64,000 nucleotides of DNA from Candidatus Eiseniibacteriota bacterium. GTDB taxonomy: Bacteria > Eisenbacteria > RBG-16-71-46. The stretch covers positions 2,048,001 through 2,112,000 of the forward strand of contig OY970178.1 in assembly GCA_963707915.1 (NCBI GenBank), read 5' to 3'. The notes under the pieces were generated by a model. It was not told where the DNA came from. It worked only from the letters and a program-made list of their open reading frames with translations, and searched no databases. This document shows, in pieces, positions 1-8,753 of this stretch; positions within the stretch are counted from its first letter, which is position 1; every line of letters starts with the position of its first letter. Both the position numbers and the translations under genes were made by a program.

Positions 1-700
1 CGCACCCCACCGCCTCCGGCGAGAAGTGCACGTTCCTCGTCATCACGATGGGCTTCCCGAGCGCGAGCGCGTCGATCAGCTCGGTGAACCCCGCGAGACC
101 GGACCCGGCGAGCGGGATCGCGACGACCGACGCGCGCTTCAGGTCCTCGATCACCCGGCCGTAGTCGAGGTGGCCGACCGGACCGATGATCTTCGTGGTC
201 ACCGCCGGGTGGTGGGGCATCGGCTCCCGCAGGTAGACCACCGCGGGGACGTCCAGCGCCGCCAGCAGGGTCGCATGGTCGCGCGCGTTCTTGCCGACGC
301 TGACCACGTACTCCGAGGAGATCGGCGTGTAGTCGTAGGTGAGGTCGGGCCCCCACCACGCGCTGACGGCGCGTCCGCCCTGGCGCTCCACCACCTGCCG
401 GGTGTGCTCGGACAGGCAGAGGCAGGTGTCGATCCCGCGGATCCAGAGGCCGCTGCCGCGACTCTGCCGCGGGTGGTGGAACACCACGGCCAGCGGCGGC
501 GAGAACCCGGCCCGGCGGGACAGCGCATGCAGCCGCGCCTGCTGCTCGTTCGCCACGTAGACGACGTCCGGCCGGGTGTCGCACAGCTGGTGGCCCAGCG
601 ACTCGAGATGGTCCGTGGCCCACAGGTGGTGGCGCGGGAGCACGCCCCGGGCGCAGCGGTCACGGGCCAGCGGGTAGTTGTTGAGGAATCGGATTCTCAT
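1..700 (-). CDS. Glycosyltransferase family 4-like protein (3' end runs off the window)
   Basis: Read manually; not in the ORF track because there is no stop in the window. ATG at 700 gives MRIRFLNNYP...VSVGKNARDHATLLAAL...ASVVAIPL..GLAGFTELIDALALGKPIVMT, which has GT-B/GT4 C-terminal motifs. Confidence 0.75.
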   Translation of the reverse strand, partial: MRIRFLNNYPLARDRCARGVLPRHHLWATDHLESLGHQLCDTRPDVVYVANEQQARLHALSRRAGFSPPLAVVFHHPRQSRGSGLWIRGIDTCLCLSEHTRQVVERQGGRAVSAWWGPDLTYDYTPISSEYVVSVGKNARDHATLLAALDVPAVVYLREPMPHHPAVTTKIIGPVGHLDYGRVIEDLKRASVVAIPLAGSGLAGFTELIDALALGKPIVMTRNVHFSPEAVGC

Positions 701-839
701 CGGGGTCCGGCGTGGCTCACAGGTCCTCGCGAGCGGGGAGCGGAGACGCGGAGGCCCCCGCCTGGTGGAAAGCGCTCGTCCAGACGGAGGCCTTCGACGT
801 CTCGAATCCTACCACACGACCGGGCCGGTCCCCGGCCGG

Positions 840-1418
840 TCAGCCCGCCATCGCGAACTTGATCTCGACATCCTCCCGGTCCTCGGCCGTCGCGTGGAAC
901 AGGTCCGCCGGGGTGAAGGCGAGCCAGCCCGCCACCCACTTGTCGGGGATCTGGCCGAGCCGGGTGTTGAAGGTGGCGACCGTGTCGTTGTAGAACTCGC
1001 GCCGGTCCGCGATCTGGCCCTCGATCTCGCTGATCCGCGTCTGCAGCTGCAGGAAACCCTGGTTGGCCTTGAGGTCGGGGTAGGCCTCCGCCACCGCGAA
1101 GATCCCGCCGAGCGCCCGGGTCAGCAGGTTCTCGGCCTCGGCGCGCTGCCCCACGCTCTGGGCCCGCTGCAGCGCCCCGCGCGCCTCGCTGAGCTTGTCG
1201 AAGACGGCGCGCTCGTGCTGCATGTAGCCCTCGCAGGTCTTCACCAGCTTGGGCAGCTCGTCGTGCCGCTGCTTCAGGAGCACGTCGATGTTGGCCCACG
1301 AGCGCGCGATGGCGTTCTTGAGGGCGACCAGGCTGTTGTAGATGGAGAACCACACGCCACCCACCGCCACGACGACGAACAGCACCGCGACCGTACCGAG
1401 GATCTCACCGGGATGCAT
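840..1418 (-). CDS. lemA: LemA family protein
   Basis: N-terminal TM helix, then YNSLV..WANIDVLLKQRHD, EAYPDLKANQGF and RREFYN motifs; AGGAGG RBS. Confidence 0.93.
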   Translation of the reverse strand: MHPGEILGTVAVLFVVVAVGGVWFSIYNSLVALKNAIARSWANIDVLLKQRHDELPKLVKTCEGYMQHERAVFDKLSEARGALQRAQSVGQRAEAENLLTRALGGIFAVAEAYPDLKANQGFLQLQTRISEIEGQIADRREFYNDTVATFNTRLGQIPDKWVAGWLAFTPADLFHATAEDREDVEIKFAMAG

Positions 1419-1460
1419 CCGCTGCCTCCTGGGGCTTGCCGGCGTGACCGCCGGACGGGG

Positions 1461-2279
1461 TTATCGGAACCACCGGCCCACGCTCAGCGCGTGAAGCCAG
1501 TAGGCGAGGCCGAACAACGCGAGCGCCGGACCGCCGATCACCTGGGCCGTCGCCTTCAACCCCAGCTGCAGCGTCAGGTCCCGCTCGGACTGCTGGGAGA
1601 TGATGTAGGTCCGCTCGTTCTCTCCGCGCCGGACGACCGCCTGCGCCTCGTGGTCGAGGTCGTGCAGCCGGCGGGCGCGACGATCGTCGGTGCCGGTCGC
1701 CTCGAGCTCGTCGTCCATCGAGATCACGACCGACTGGGGCCGCGGCATGGCGGTGCCGAGCACGTAGACGCGCTGGCCCGCTTCCAGCACGCGCTCGCGG
1801 AAGCGCAGGCTGCCCAGGCGCCACAGCCGGTGGGCCGCGGGGCGCTGCTCGTCCAGGTACCGCGCGTAGACCTCGGGGAGCGAGATCCCGAGGCACTCCT
1901 CCTCGACCTGGAAGTTGAGCCGCGCCGTGGCGCCCTGCGGGTAGACCAGCGCCACGCCGGTCTCGTCGCGCAGGAAGAAGGGGTGCCCCGAGGCGTTGCG
2001 GTGGACGACGTGCCAGGCGTTGCGCCGTGAACGGGTGGCGATGTCCACCTGCCAGTAGGCGCACGGCCGGCCGGAGAACGGCGCGGCGATCTCGCTGCGC
2101 GGGCTCACCGTGCCGTTGATCTCCACCAGCCCCATGGACATCGAGCGGATGCGCGACGTGGGGGTGTTCTGGATGAGCCGCCGCAGGCGCAGGTCGCGGA
2201 AGCTGCGCCAGAACAGGAGGGGCCCCGTACCCAGCGCCACGGTGGCCCAGAACGGCAACTCGACGGCGTGCAGGTTCAT
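1461..2279 (-). CDS. GIDE-like (E3 ubiquitin ligase family) membrane protein
   Basis: N- and C-terminal TM helices, NTPTSRIRS..GLVEING, APFSGRPC, PFFLRDETG and RERVLEAGQRVYVLG. Start set at MNLHAV. Confidence 0.7.
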   Translation of the reverse strand: MNLHAVELPFWATVALGTGPLLFWRSFRDLRLRRLIQNTPTSRIRSMSMGLVEINGTVSPRSEIAAPFSGRPCAYWQVDIATRSRRNAWHVVHRNASGHPFFLRDETGVALVYPQGATARLNFQVEEECLGISLPEVYARYLDEQRPAAHRLWRLGSLRFRERVLEAGQRVYVLGTAMPRPQSVVISMDDELEATGTDDRRARRLHDLDHEAQAVVRRGENERTYIISQQSERDLTLQLGLKATAQVIGGPALALFGLAYWLHALSVGRWFR

Positions 2280-2287
2280 CGCGGCTC

Positions 2288-3118
2288 CTAGAGGCGCCCC
2301 AGCGCGCGCAACGCGTCGGCCGCGGCGGCCAGGTAGAGCAGGCCGAGCAGGCTCAGCGCCGGCCCGGCGAACGCGCCCAGCGTCCGCCACGCCGGCGCCG
2401 CCAGGTCGCGCGCCTCCGGCGCGCGGTCGGAGACGAAGAGGAAGTCGACCAGGTCACCCGGGCCCAGGCTCAGCTCGCACTCCTCCGCACGGGTATCGGC
2501 CACGGCCACTTCGAACGCACCGTCGGTGCCGGTGGCCTCCAGCTCGACGACCTCCAGGCGATCGAGCGCGTGCCGGCTGCGGGCGAAGCCCGCGACGTGG
2601 CAGGACGAGCCGGGCAGGAGCGACCGCTCGACCAGCCGGAGCCGGCCGCCCGCCCGGCGCCACCACACCGCCTCCGGGACACGGCCGAGCAGCCGGGAGA
2701 GACGCTCCGGCAGCGGCTCGTCGGGCGCGACCTCGCGTGCCGCGGTGGCGGGGAGCGGCCAGCGGCCGGCGGTCGATTCGAGGCGCGCCGTGGCCCCGGG
2801 ACCCACGACGCGGAAGGGACGGCGCTCCTCCACGGTCTTCACGATCGGCGCCCCGACCGCCTGGATCTCGAGCTGGAAGGCCGCGCAGGGTGCGGCCGAG
2901 AGCGGCGTGAACATCGGGCTGTCGAGCGTCACGGTGCCGCTGACGTGCACGAAGCCCTCGAGCCCGCCGGTGAGCGGCTTCTCGGCGAGGCCGGCGCGGT
3001 GGCGCCGAAGCCGCAGCGCACGCAGGCCGGCCCGGAAGAGCGCCGCCCCGGACACGACGGCGCCGAGGGCACAGGCGAGCCCCCCGAGGGTCGGGTGAAC
3101 GAACTGGGCAGGATCCAT
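2288..3118 (-). CDS. Divergent GIDE-like membrane protein (paralog of 1461-2279)
   Basis: Same architecture as its neighbour: GFVHVSG, TPLSAAPC, ERSLLPG..HVAG and the shared ELEATGTD motif. Confidence 0.6.
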   Translation of the reverse strand: MDPAQFVHPTLGGLACALGAVVSGAALFRAGLRALRLRRHRAGLAEKPLTGGLEGFVHVSGTVTLDSPMFTPLSAAPCAAFQLEIQAVGAPIVKTVEERRPFRVVGPGATARLESTAGRWPLPATAAREVAPDEPLPERLSRLLGRVPEAVWWRRAGGRLRLVERSLLPGSSCHVAGFARSRHALDRLEVVELEATGTDGAFEVAVADTRAEECELSLGPGDLVDFLFVSDRAPEARDLAAPAWRTLGAFAGPALSLLGLLYLAAAADALRALGRL

Positions 3119-3223
3119 CGGACGGGTTATCGGCCCGGCGAGGGCTCAACCACAGCCGGAAATCGAGGGGTTCCGGCGCATCCGGAGGGACGGTTGTGCG
3201 AGCGGCGCCCGGTGCCCCTCGGC

Positions 3224-3387
3224 GCCGGGGCCGGAGACTCCAGTGGGCGAGCAGAGGCACCATGCGCTCGCTCACTGGAGTCTCCGGCCCCGGCTGGCAC
3301 AGTCGGGGAGGCGGTAGACGGGGGCAGCAGGACGGGTTGGGCGAGCGCATGGTGCCTCTGCTCGCCCAACCCGTCCTGCTGCCCCCG
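3224..3387. repeat. Inverted pair of REP-like hairpins (family A, apex GAGC-GCATGGTGCCTCT-GCTC)
   Basis: Hairpin 3224-3294 has a ~29-bp stem and 3319-3387 has a perfect 28-bp stem. They share the same 13-nt loop in opposite orientations. Confidence 0.85.
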
Positions 3388-3420
3388 CCTCTGGAGCGCA
3401 GCGGGCTGCTCCTTGCTGCC

Positions 3421-4197
3421 CTAGCGCGCGCTGAGCAGTTGCCGGCCCCCGTCGATCGGGATCGTCGCGCCGGTGATCCAGGCGGCGGCATCGCTCAGCA
3501 GGAACAGCACCATCGCCGCGATCTCCTCGGGCTGTCCGACGCGGCCCAGCGGGTGGGTGACCTTCGAGCGCTCGAGGAAGCTTGGGTAGTCGGTGACCGC
3601 GTTCGTGACGGTCTGCAGCTCGGTCACCACGACGCCCGGGTTCAGCGCGTTCACCCGCACGCCGTGCGGCGCCAGGTCCAGCGCGGCGCAGCGCGTGAAG
3701 GCGTCCACGCCCGCCTTGCTCACCACGTAGCCCATGAGGTTGGCGTAGGGCCGCGGGCCGGCCACCGACGAGAGGTTCACCACCGCGCCACGGCGCTGGA
3801 TCAGCCCGGGCGCGGCGGCGCGGGTGAGCAGGTACATGGCGCGCAGGTTGGTGTCCATCATGCGGTCCCACTCCGCGGGCTCGAGCTCCAGCAGCCCGCC
3901 GCCGCCCATCACGCCGGCCGCGTTCACCAGGCCGTCGAGCCCGCCGTAGCGCTTCGCCGCCGCCTCGACCCAGGCGCGGCACACCGGTTCCTCGCGCACG
4001 TCCCCCGAGACCGCGACGGCCTCGCCGCCGGCGGTGCGGATCCGCGCCACGACCTCGTCGAGCCGGGCCTGGCGGCGCCCCGCCGCGACCACCTTCGCAC
4101 CCTCCGCGCCCAGCGCGAGTGCGCACGCCCGGCCGATGCCGCTGCTCGCGCCGGTGACGAGACAGACGCGGTCCTTGAAGCGAGCCTGTTCAGCCAT
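3421..4197 (-). CDS. Short-chain dehydrogenase/reductase (SDR)
   Basis: TGASSGIG, NAAG and YVVSK catalytic motifs; RVNALNPG; IDGG. Confidence 0.93.
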   Translation of the reverse strand: MAEQARFKDRVCLVTGASSGIGRACALALGAEGAKVVAAGRRQARLDEVVARIRTAGGEAVAVSGDVREEPVCRAWVEAAAKRYGGLDGLVNAAGVMGGGGLLELEPAEWDRMMDTNLRAMYLLTRAAAPGLIQRRGAVVNLSSVAGPRPYANLMGYVVSKAGVDAFTRCAALDLAPHGVRVNALNPGVVVTELQTVTNAVTDYPSFLERSKVTHPLGRVGQPEEIAAMVLFLLSDAAAWITGATIPIDGGRQLLSAR

Positions 4198-4282
4198 TCG
4201 TCCCTCTCCTTTCGGATTCGTTCGCTGCGCTTCCCGGGCGCCCGCGTCCGTCGGACCGCCCGCGGTCGCGCCCCCGGCGACG

Positions 4283-4429
4283 TCAGTGCTTCCCCGGCCC
4301 CCGCTCGCGGGCGCGCCGCTCGTCGGCGCGGCCCCGGCGGTAGGCCCAGGCCCAGATGAACCACCCGGTGACGGCGTGCAACAGCCACCAGCCGGGCTGC
4401 AGGAACTGGAGTCCTTCGGGCAGAGTCAT
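4283..4429 (-). CDS. Small 48-aa Trp-rich membrane protein
   Basis: MTLPEGLQFLQPGWWLLHAVTGWFIWAWAYRRGRADERR...; ATGA overlap with the upstream NUDIX stop and a purine-rich RBS. Confidence 0.55.
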   Translation of the reverse strand: MTLPEGLQFLQPGWWLLHAVTGWFIWAWAYRRGRADERRARERGPGKH

Positions 4430-4869
4430 GGTTCCCTTCCTCGTTGCCGGGCACCTTCCCGTTCGGCTTTCGCCAGCACGGCCAGGAACCCGCGGTCCGC
4501 CTCCAGCACCTCCCCCGGATCGACCTCGCCGGGCCGGCTCCAGCGCACCTCGTGCACCGCCGGGCTCGGCCTGAAGTCGAGCGAATCCAGCTCGCAGCCG
4601 ACGAAGTGAAGCTCGACGGCAGGACCGTGCGCGTACTCGTGGGACTCCACCGCCAGCGTGCCCCGCGGCACCGAGCCCACTCCCAGCTCCTCGCGCAGCT
4701 CGCGCACCAGGGCCTGTTCGGCCGTCTCGCCGGGCTCGAACTTGCCGCCGGGGAACTCCCACTGGAGCCCGAACCGCCCGCCCGGCGGGCGGCGCGTCAG
4801 GAGCACGCGCCCGTCGCGCCACACGACCGCGGCGGCGACCCGGATGCGGCGATCCCGGTCGTCAGCCAC
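4426..4869 (-). CDS. mutT: MutT-like NUDIX hydrolase
   Basis: WEFPGGKFEPGETAEQALVRELREELG Nudix box. Confidence 0.85.
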   Translation of the reverse strand: MADDRDRRIRVAAAVVWRDGRVLLTRRPPGGRFGLQWEFPGGKFEPGETAEQALVRELREELGVGSVPRGTLAVESHEYAHGPAVELHFVGCELDSLDFRPSPAVHEVRWSRPGEVDPGEVLEADRGFLAVLAKAEREGARQRGREP

Positions 4870-5467
4870 GCCGCGGCCCGTCCTCCGCCGTCTCGCGCTC
4901 GAAGAGCACGAGGTAGCGCCGCTCGCCCGACTTCCGCGCGGCGATGGCCCGGCGCGCCGCGTGGCAGAGGAAGGCCGCCTGCTCCGGCCCGAGCCGGCGG
5001 CAGCCGCGCAGCGAGCGCGGCAGCCGCAGGTAGCTCGGCGGCACGTCGTTCAGCAACGGCGAGCGGGCGAGCGCCCACAGGTCGCAGGCGCGTTCGCCGC
5101 GCGGCACCAGGCCGCGGGCTTGCAGCAGGTGGGTGAATTCGTGCGCCACGGTGAAGTACGACAACCGGCGCGGCCGCACCCAGATGCCCGGGCGCTCGGG
5201 GTCGAGCGATCCCCAGCCGAGCACGCCGCGCTTGCGGGCCAGCCCGACGCGCACCGTGCCGTCGGCCAGCTCGGGGAAGAAGCGCCGGACGAACTCCAGG
5301 CGCTCGAGGATGCGCGGCCGGTGGGGCGAGCGCTCGACCAGCCTCGAGAGGTCCCAGCGGGGACGCGGCGGGCCGAAGTCCATCGCGATCTGCTCGAGCG
5401 GGGTGATCCGGCGCCGGCGGCGCGCGGGCCGCGGCTGCGGCGGTGGAGCGACCGAGAGGGCGGGCAT
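4862..5467 (-). CDS. Hypothetical HEXXH (zincin-like) protein
   Basis: TVAHEFTHLLQ...GERACD motif; start uncertain. Confidence 0.55.
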   Translation of the reverse strand: MPALSVAPPPQPRPARRRRRITPLEQIAMDFGPPRPRWDLSRLVERSPHRPRILERLEFVRRFFPELADGTVRVGLARKRGVLGWGSLDPERPGIWVRPRRLSYFTVAHEFTHLLQARGLVPRGERACDLWALARSPLLNDVPPSYLRLPRSLRGCRRLGPEQAAFLCHAARRAIAARKSGERRYLVLFERETAEDGPRRG

Positions 5468-5736
5468 CCGTGGACTCTGTCGCACCGGGGGGGCGGCTGG
5501 CAAGGAGCGGGCGCCGCGTCCGGGCCGGGGACGACGCAGGACCCGGAGCAGCGCCCCGAGCCACGGCCGGATCAGCATGCGACGGACTGCGGCGGGCCCG
5601 GCGGGCCCGCGCCGGCGCCGAGGTCCGTGCCGATCCCGGTGGCGCGGCGGCCCGCGGCGGGTCTATATTGCCGGCACGGCAGCTCCCCCCGTACATGGAC
5701 CGTAGGCCCCGAGGATGGATCCTCAAGGAGCCCCGC

Positions 5737-6288
5737 ATGCGCATCGTCCTTCGCTTCTGTTTCGTCGGCCTCCTGCTGCTCGTCTCCGCCGCGCTCGCCC
5801 GCGCCCAGGTCTTCTCCGGCGTGGACCTGATGACCTCGACCGTCATGCAGCAGCACCAGAGCTCGTTCTCGGGGCTCAGCGCCCGCGTGGAGCTGCGCTC
5901 CAAGCGCATCGTCGAGGGCTTCGACCTCCTGCCCTACTTCGAGTACTGGCGCAACAACTCGCGGATCGAGGTCCCCGGCACCAGCATCAGCAGCACGCGC
6001 AAGGACGCCACCCTCGGAGCCGACGCGCGCTACACCTTCCAGCGCGCGGGCTGGCGGCCCTACGTGGGAGCGGGCCTCGGGGTCCACTTCCTCTCGACCG
6101 AGGTGGATGCGCCTTCGCTGAACCTGGATCACCCGAGCGGCTCGATGGTCAAGGGCGGTCTCTCGGGGCTGGTCGGGGTCACGTTCCCGCTCTCCGGGCG
6201 TCTCGAGAACTTCACCGAGCTCAAGTACCACCACCTCCCCGGCTACAGCCAGGTCAAGATCAACATGGGGCTCGCCTGGAAGCTGTAG
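5737..6288 (+). CDS. Outer-membrane beta-barrel protein
   Basis: Signal peptide (ARA/Q), PYVGAGLG, alternating beta strands and an aromatic C-terminal strand; AAGGAG RBS. Confidence 0.8.
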   Translation: MRIVLRFCFVGLLLLVSAALARAQVFSGVDLMTSTVMQQHQSSFSGLSARVELRSKRIVEGFDLLPYFEYWRNNSRIEVPGTSISSTRKDATLGADARYTFQRAGWRPYVGAGLGVHFLSTEVDAPSLNLDHPSGSMVKGGLSGLVGVTFPLSGRLENFTELKYHHLPGYSQVKINMGLAWKL

Positions 6289-6305
6289 GGCCCTGACGCG
6301 GCGCT

Positions 6306-7178
6306 TCAGGCCTCGGCGGCGGGCGCGGCGGCCTTCTCCGGCTCCGGGAGCTGCCCGACGCGGTGCAGGATGATGCTCGGACAGATGTCCACGCAGGCCT
6401 CCCGGCACGAGGGCCCGTAGGCCACGCACATCTCGTGGTCCACGACGATGGTCTGGCCGTCCCAGGTGATGGCGCCCGCGGGGCACTTGGCCACGCAGCG
6501 GCGGCACAGCGTGCAGCCCACCATGCAGGTGGCGCGCACCACGCTGCGCTTGTCGATCGCCACGCAGGAGAGCTCGACGCGGTGGTGGCGCGGCACGAAG
6601 CTCCACAGGTCCTTGGGGCACGAGGTCACGCAGAGGCCGCAGCCGGTGCACTTCGCGTGGTCCACCTCGGGGATCCCCTTGGCCGTCATCGCCAGCGCGC
6701 CGAACGGGCAGGCGTCCACGCAGTCGCCCAGCCCGAGGCAGCCGTTCTTGCAGGCCTTGGGACCGCCGAAGACGAACGAGGCCGCCGCACAGGTGCGGAT
6801 CCCGGAGTAGCGCGCCTCGTCGGGCGCGAAGGCCGAGGTGCCGTGGCAGCGCAGCACCACGACGCGGTCCACCACCGAGCCGGGCTGCTTGCCGGTGAGC
6901 TCGGCCACCGCGTCCGCGACCGCCGTACGGCCCGGGAGGCAGAGGCTGGGCGACACCTCACCGCGCTCCACCACCGCCTCGGCGTAGGCCTGGCAGCCGG
7001 CGAAGCCGCAGGCGCCGCAGTTGGCCGCCGGCAGCCGGTCGCGCACGCGCTCGACCAGCGGGTTCACCGGCACCTGGAACTTCGCCGCCGCCGCGGCCAG
7101 CGCGAAGCCGAAGACCAGGCCGAGCAGGGTGAAGAACGCCAGCCCCCACAGCACGATGCCGAGCGCCGAGGTGTCCAT
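6306..7178 (-). CDS. rnfB: Rnf complex subunit B
   Basis: LPAANCGACGFAGC, CLGLGDCVDACP, CTGCGLCVTSCP plus further ferredoxin motifs; N-terminal TM helix. Confidence 0.93.
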   Translation of the reverse strand: MDTSALGIVLWGLAFFTLLGLVFGFALAAAAAKFQVPVNPLVERVRDRLPAANCGACGFAGCQAYAEAVVERGEVSPSLCLPGRTAVADAVAELTGKQPGSVVDRVVVLRCHGTSAFAPDEARYSGIRTCAAASFVFGGPKACKNGCLGLGDCVDACPFGALAMTAKGIPEVDHAKCTGCGLCVTSCPKDLWSFVPRHHRVELSCVAIDKRSVVRATCMVGCTLCRRCVAKCPAGAITWDGQTIVVDHEMCVAYGPSCREACVDICPSIILHRVGQLPEPEKAAAPAAEA

Positions 7179-8098
7179 CAGCGGAAGAAGTCCAGGCCGG
7201 AGAAGCCCATGAACGCCAGCGCGAACAGGCCGGCGAGCGCGAAGGCGATGGGCAGGCCCTGGAACGGCCGGGGGACGCGCGCGTACTCCAGGCGTTCGCG
7301 GGCGCACGACATCAGGAACAGCGCGAGCGCGAAGCCCGCGCCCGAGCCGATGGCCAGCGCCAGCGAGTCGAGCGGGCCGTTCGAGGCCTGCGCGTTGAGC
7401 AGCGGCACGGCCAGGATGATGCAGTTGGTGGTGATGAGCATCAGGTAGATGCCCCACTTGCGGTGCAGCACCGGGTGGGTCTTGCGCAGCATGGTGTCGA
7501 GGAACTGCACCACGGAGGCCACCACCCCGATGAACACCAGGATCTGGAAGAAGCCGAGCTGCAGCGGGCGCAGCACGAAGGTGTCGAGCACCCACGAGAC
7601 CATGGCGGTGAAGATCATCACCATCGTGAAGGTGATGCCCATGCCGATCGCCGTGTCGCGCTTCTTGGAGACCCCGAAGAAGATGCACAGGCCGAGGTAG
7701 CGCGTGAAGACGAAGTTGTTGATGAAGGCGGCGGCGATCATCACGCTCAGCAGCAGCGCCCACGCCGCCGGCCGCACGTCGTGCGCGAGCGGCGGGTCGG
7801 TCACCTCGAGCCGGTAGTGCTCGGCGGGCATGAGCCGCTGCTCGAAGGTCAGGACCACGCGGTTCCCTCCGGCCAGCCTCACGCGCGCGACCGGGATGGG
7901 GATGTCGGGCGCCTGCGCGTGGGTGAGGCGGAAGTTCTCCGCGTCGGTGCGCGGCAGCGGGCCGGAGAAGCGCAGCCGCAGCTCGCTGGGCGCGACCACG
8001 CGCGCGCTCAGCACGCGGAGCTCCGCGGCCCCGGCCGCACCCGCGGCCAGCACCAGCGCGGCGAGCAGCGCCACCGGCAGCGCGGGCGCCCTAGGCAC
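7178..8098 (-). CDS. rnfA: Rnf complex subunit A with N-terminal signal peptide and Ig-like extension
   Basis: INNFVFTRYLGLC and LITTNC motifs; a GTG start with GGGAGG RBS adds ~115 aa. Confidence 0.88.
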   Translation of the reverse strand: MPRAPALPVALLAALVLAAGAAGAAELRVLSARVVAPSELRLRFSGPLPRTDAENFRLTHAQAPDIPIPVARVRLAGGNRVVLTFEQRLMPAEHYRLEVTDPPLAHDVRPAAWALLLSVMIAAAFINNFVFTRYLGLCIFFGVSKKRDTAIGMGITFTMVMIFTAMVSWVLDTFVLRPLQLGFFQILVFIGVVASVVQFLDTMLRKTHPVLHRKWGIYLMLITTNCIILAVPLLNAQASNGPLDSLALAIGSGAGFALALFLMSCARERLEYARVPRPFQGLPIAFALAGLFALAFMGFSGLDFFR

Positions 8099-8753
8099 CG
8101 TGCCCTCCCGTGCCCGCCGCCGGCCCGGCCGCACCGCCCCCGGCCCGGCGCTCGATCCAGTTGAAGAGCGCCATCAGCAGCGCGATCGAGAAGAAACCGC
8201 CCGCCGGCAGCGCGAAGAAGAGCAGCGGCTTGCCCGGCGCGAGCGGGACGCCGGCGAGGGAGCCGGCGCCGAGCAGCTCGCGGAAGGCGCCGATCATGAG
8301 CAGCGCGAGCAGGAAGCCGAGCCCCATCCCGAGCCCGTCGAAGAAGGTCGGCACCAGCGGCTGGCGCGAGGCGAACACCTCGAGCCGCGAGATGATGATG
8401 GCGAAGGCCACGATCAGCTTCACGTAGAGCCCGACCTGGGCGTAGAGCGCGGGCGCGAAGGCCGCGAGCGACATGTCGATGGCGCTCACCCACACGGCGA
8501 TGATGATGGTGTAGACCGGGATGCGCACGCGCGGGTGGATGAGCCGCTTCGCCAGCGTCACCGTGACGCTCGAAAGCACCTGCACGAACAGCACCGCCAC
8601 GCCCAGCAGCAGGCCGTTCAGCACCGTGGTGGTCACCGCCACGGCCGGGCACAGGCTCAGCGCCAGCCGGAACACGGGGTTCTCGGCGAAGATGCCGTTC
8701 AGGATCAGCTGCCGCGCGCTCGGCGCGGGCCCGGGGTGGAGCACGGTGCTCAC
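8091..8753 (-). CDS. rnfE: Rnf complex subunit E
   Basis: ENPVFRLALSLCPAVAVT, VRIP, GAFRELLG and PAGGF motifs. Confidence 0.92.
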   Translation of the reverse strand: MSTVLHPGPAPSARQLILNGIFAENPVFRLALSLCPAVAVTTTVLNGLLLGVAVLFVQVLSSVTVTLAKRLIHPRVRIPVYTIIIAVWVSAIDMSLAAFAPALYAQVGLYVKLIVAFAIIISRLEVFASRQPLVPTFFDGLGMGLGFLLALLMIGAFRELLGAGSLAGVPLAPGKPLLFFALPAGGFFSIALLMALFNWIERRAGGGAAGPAAGTGGHGA

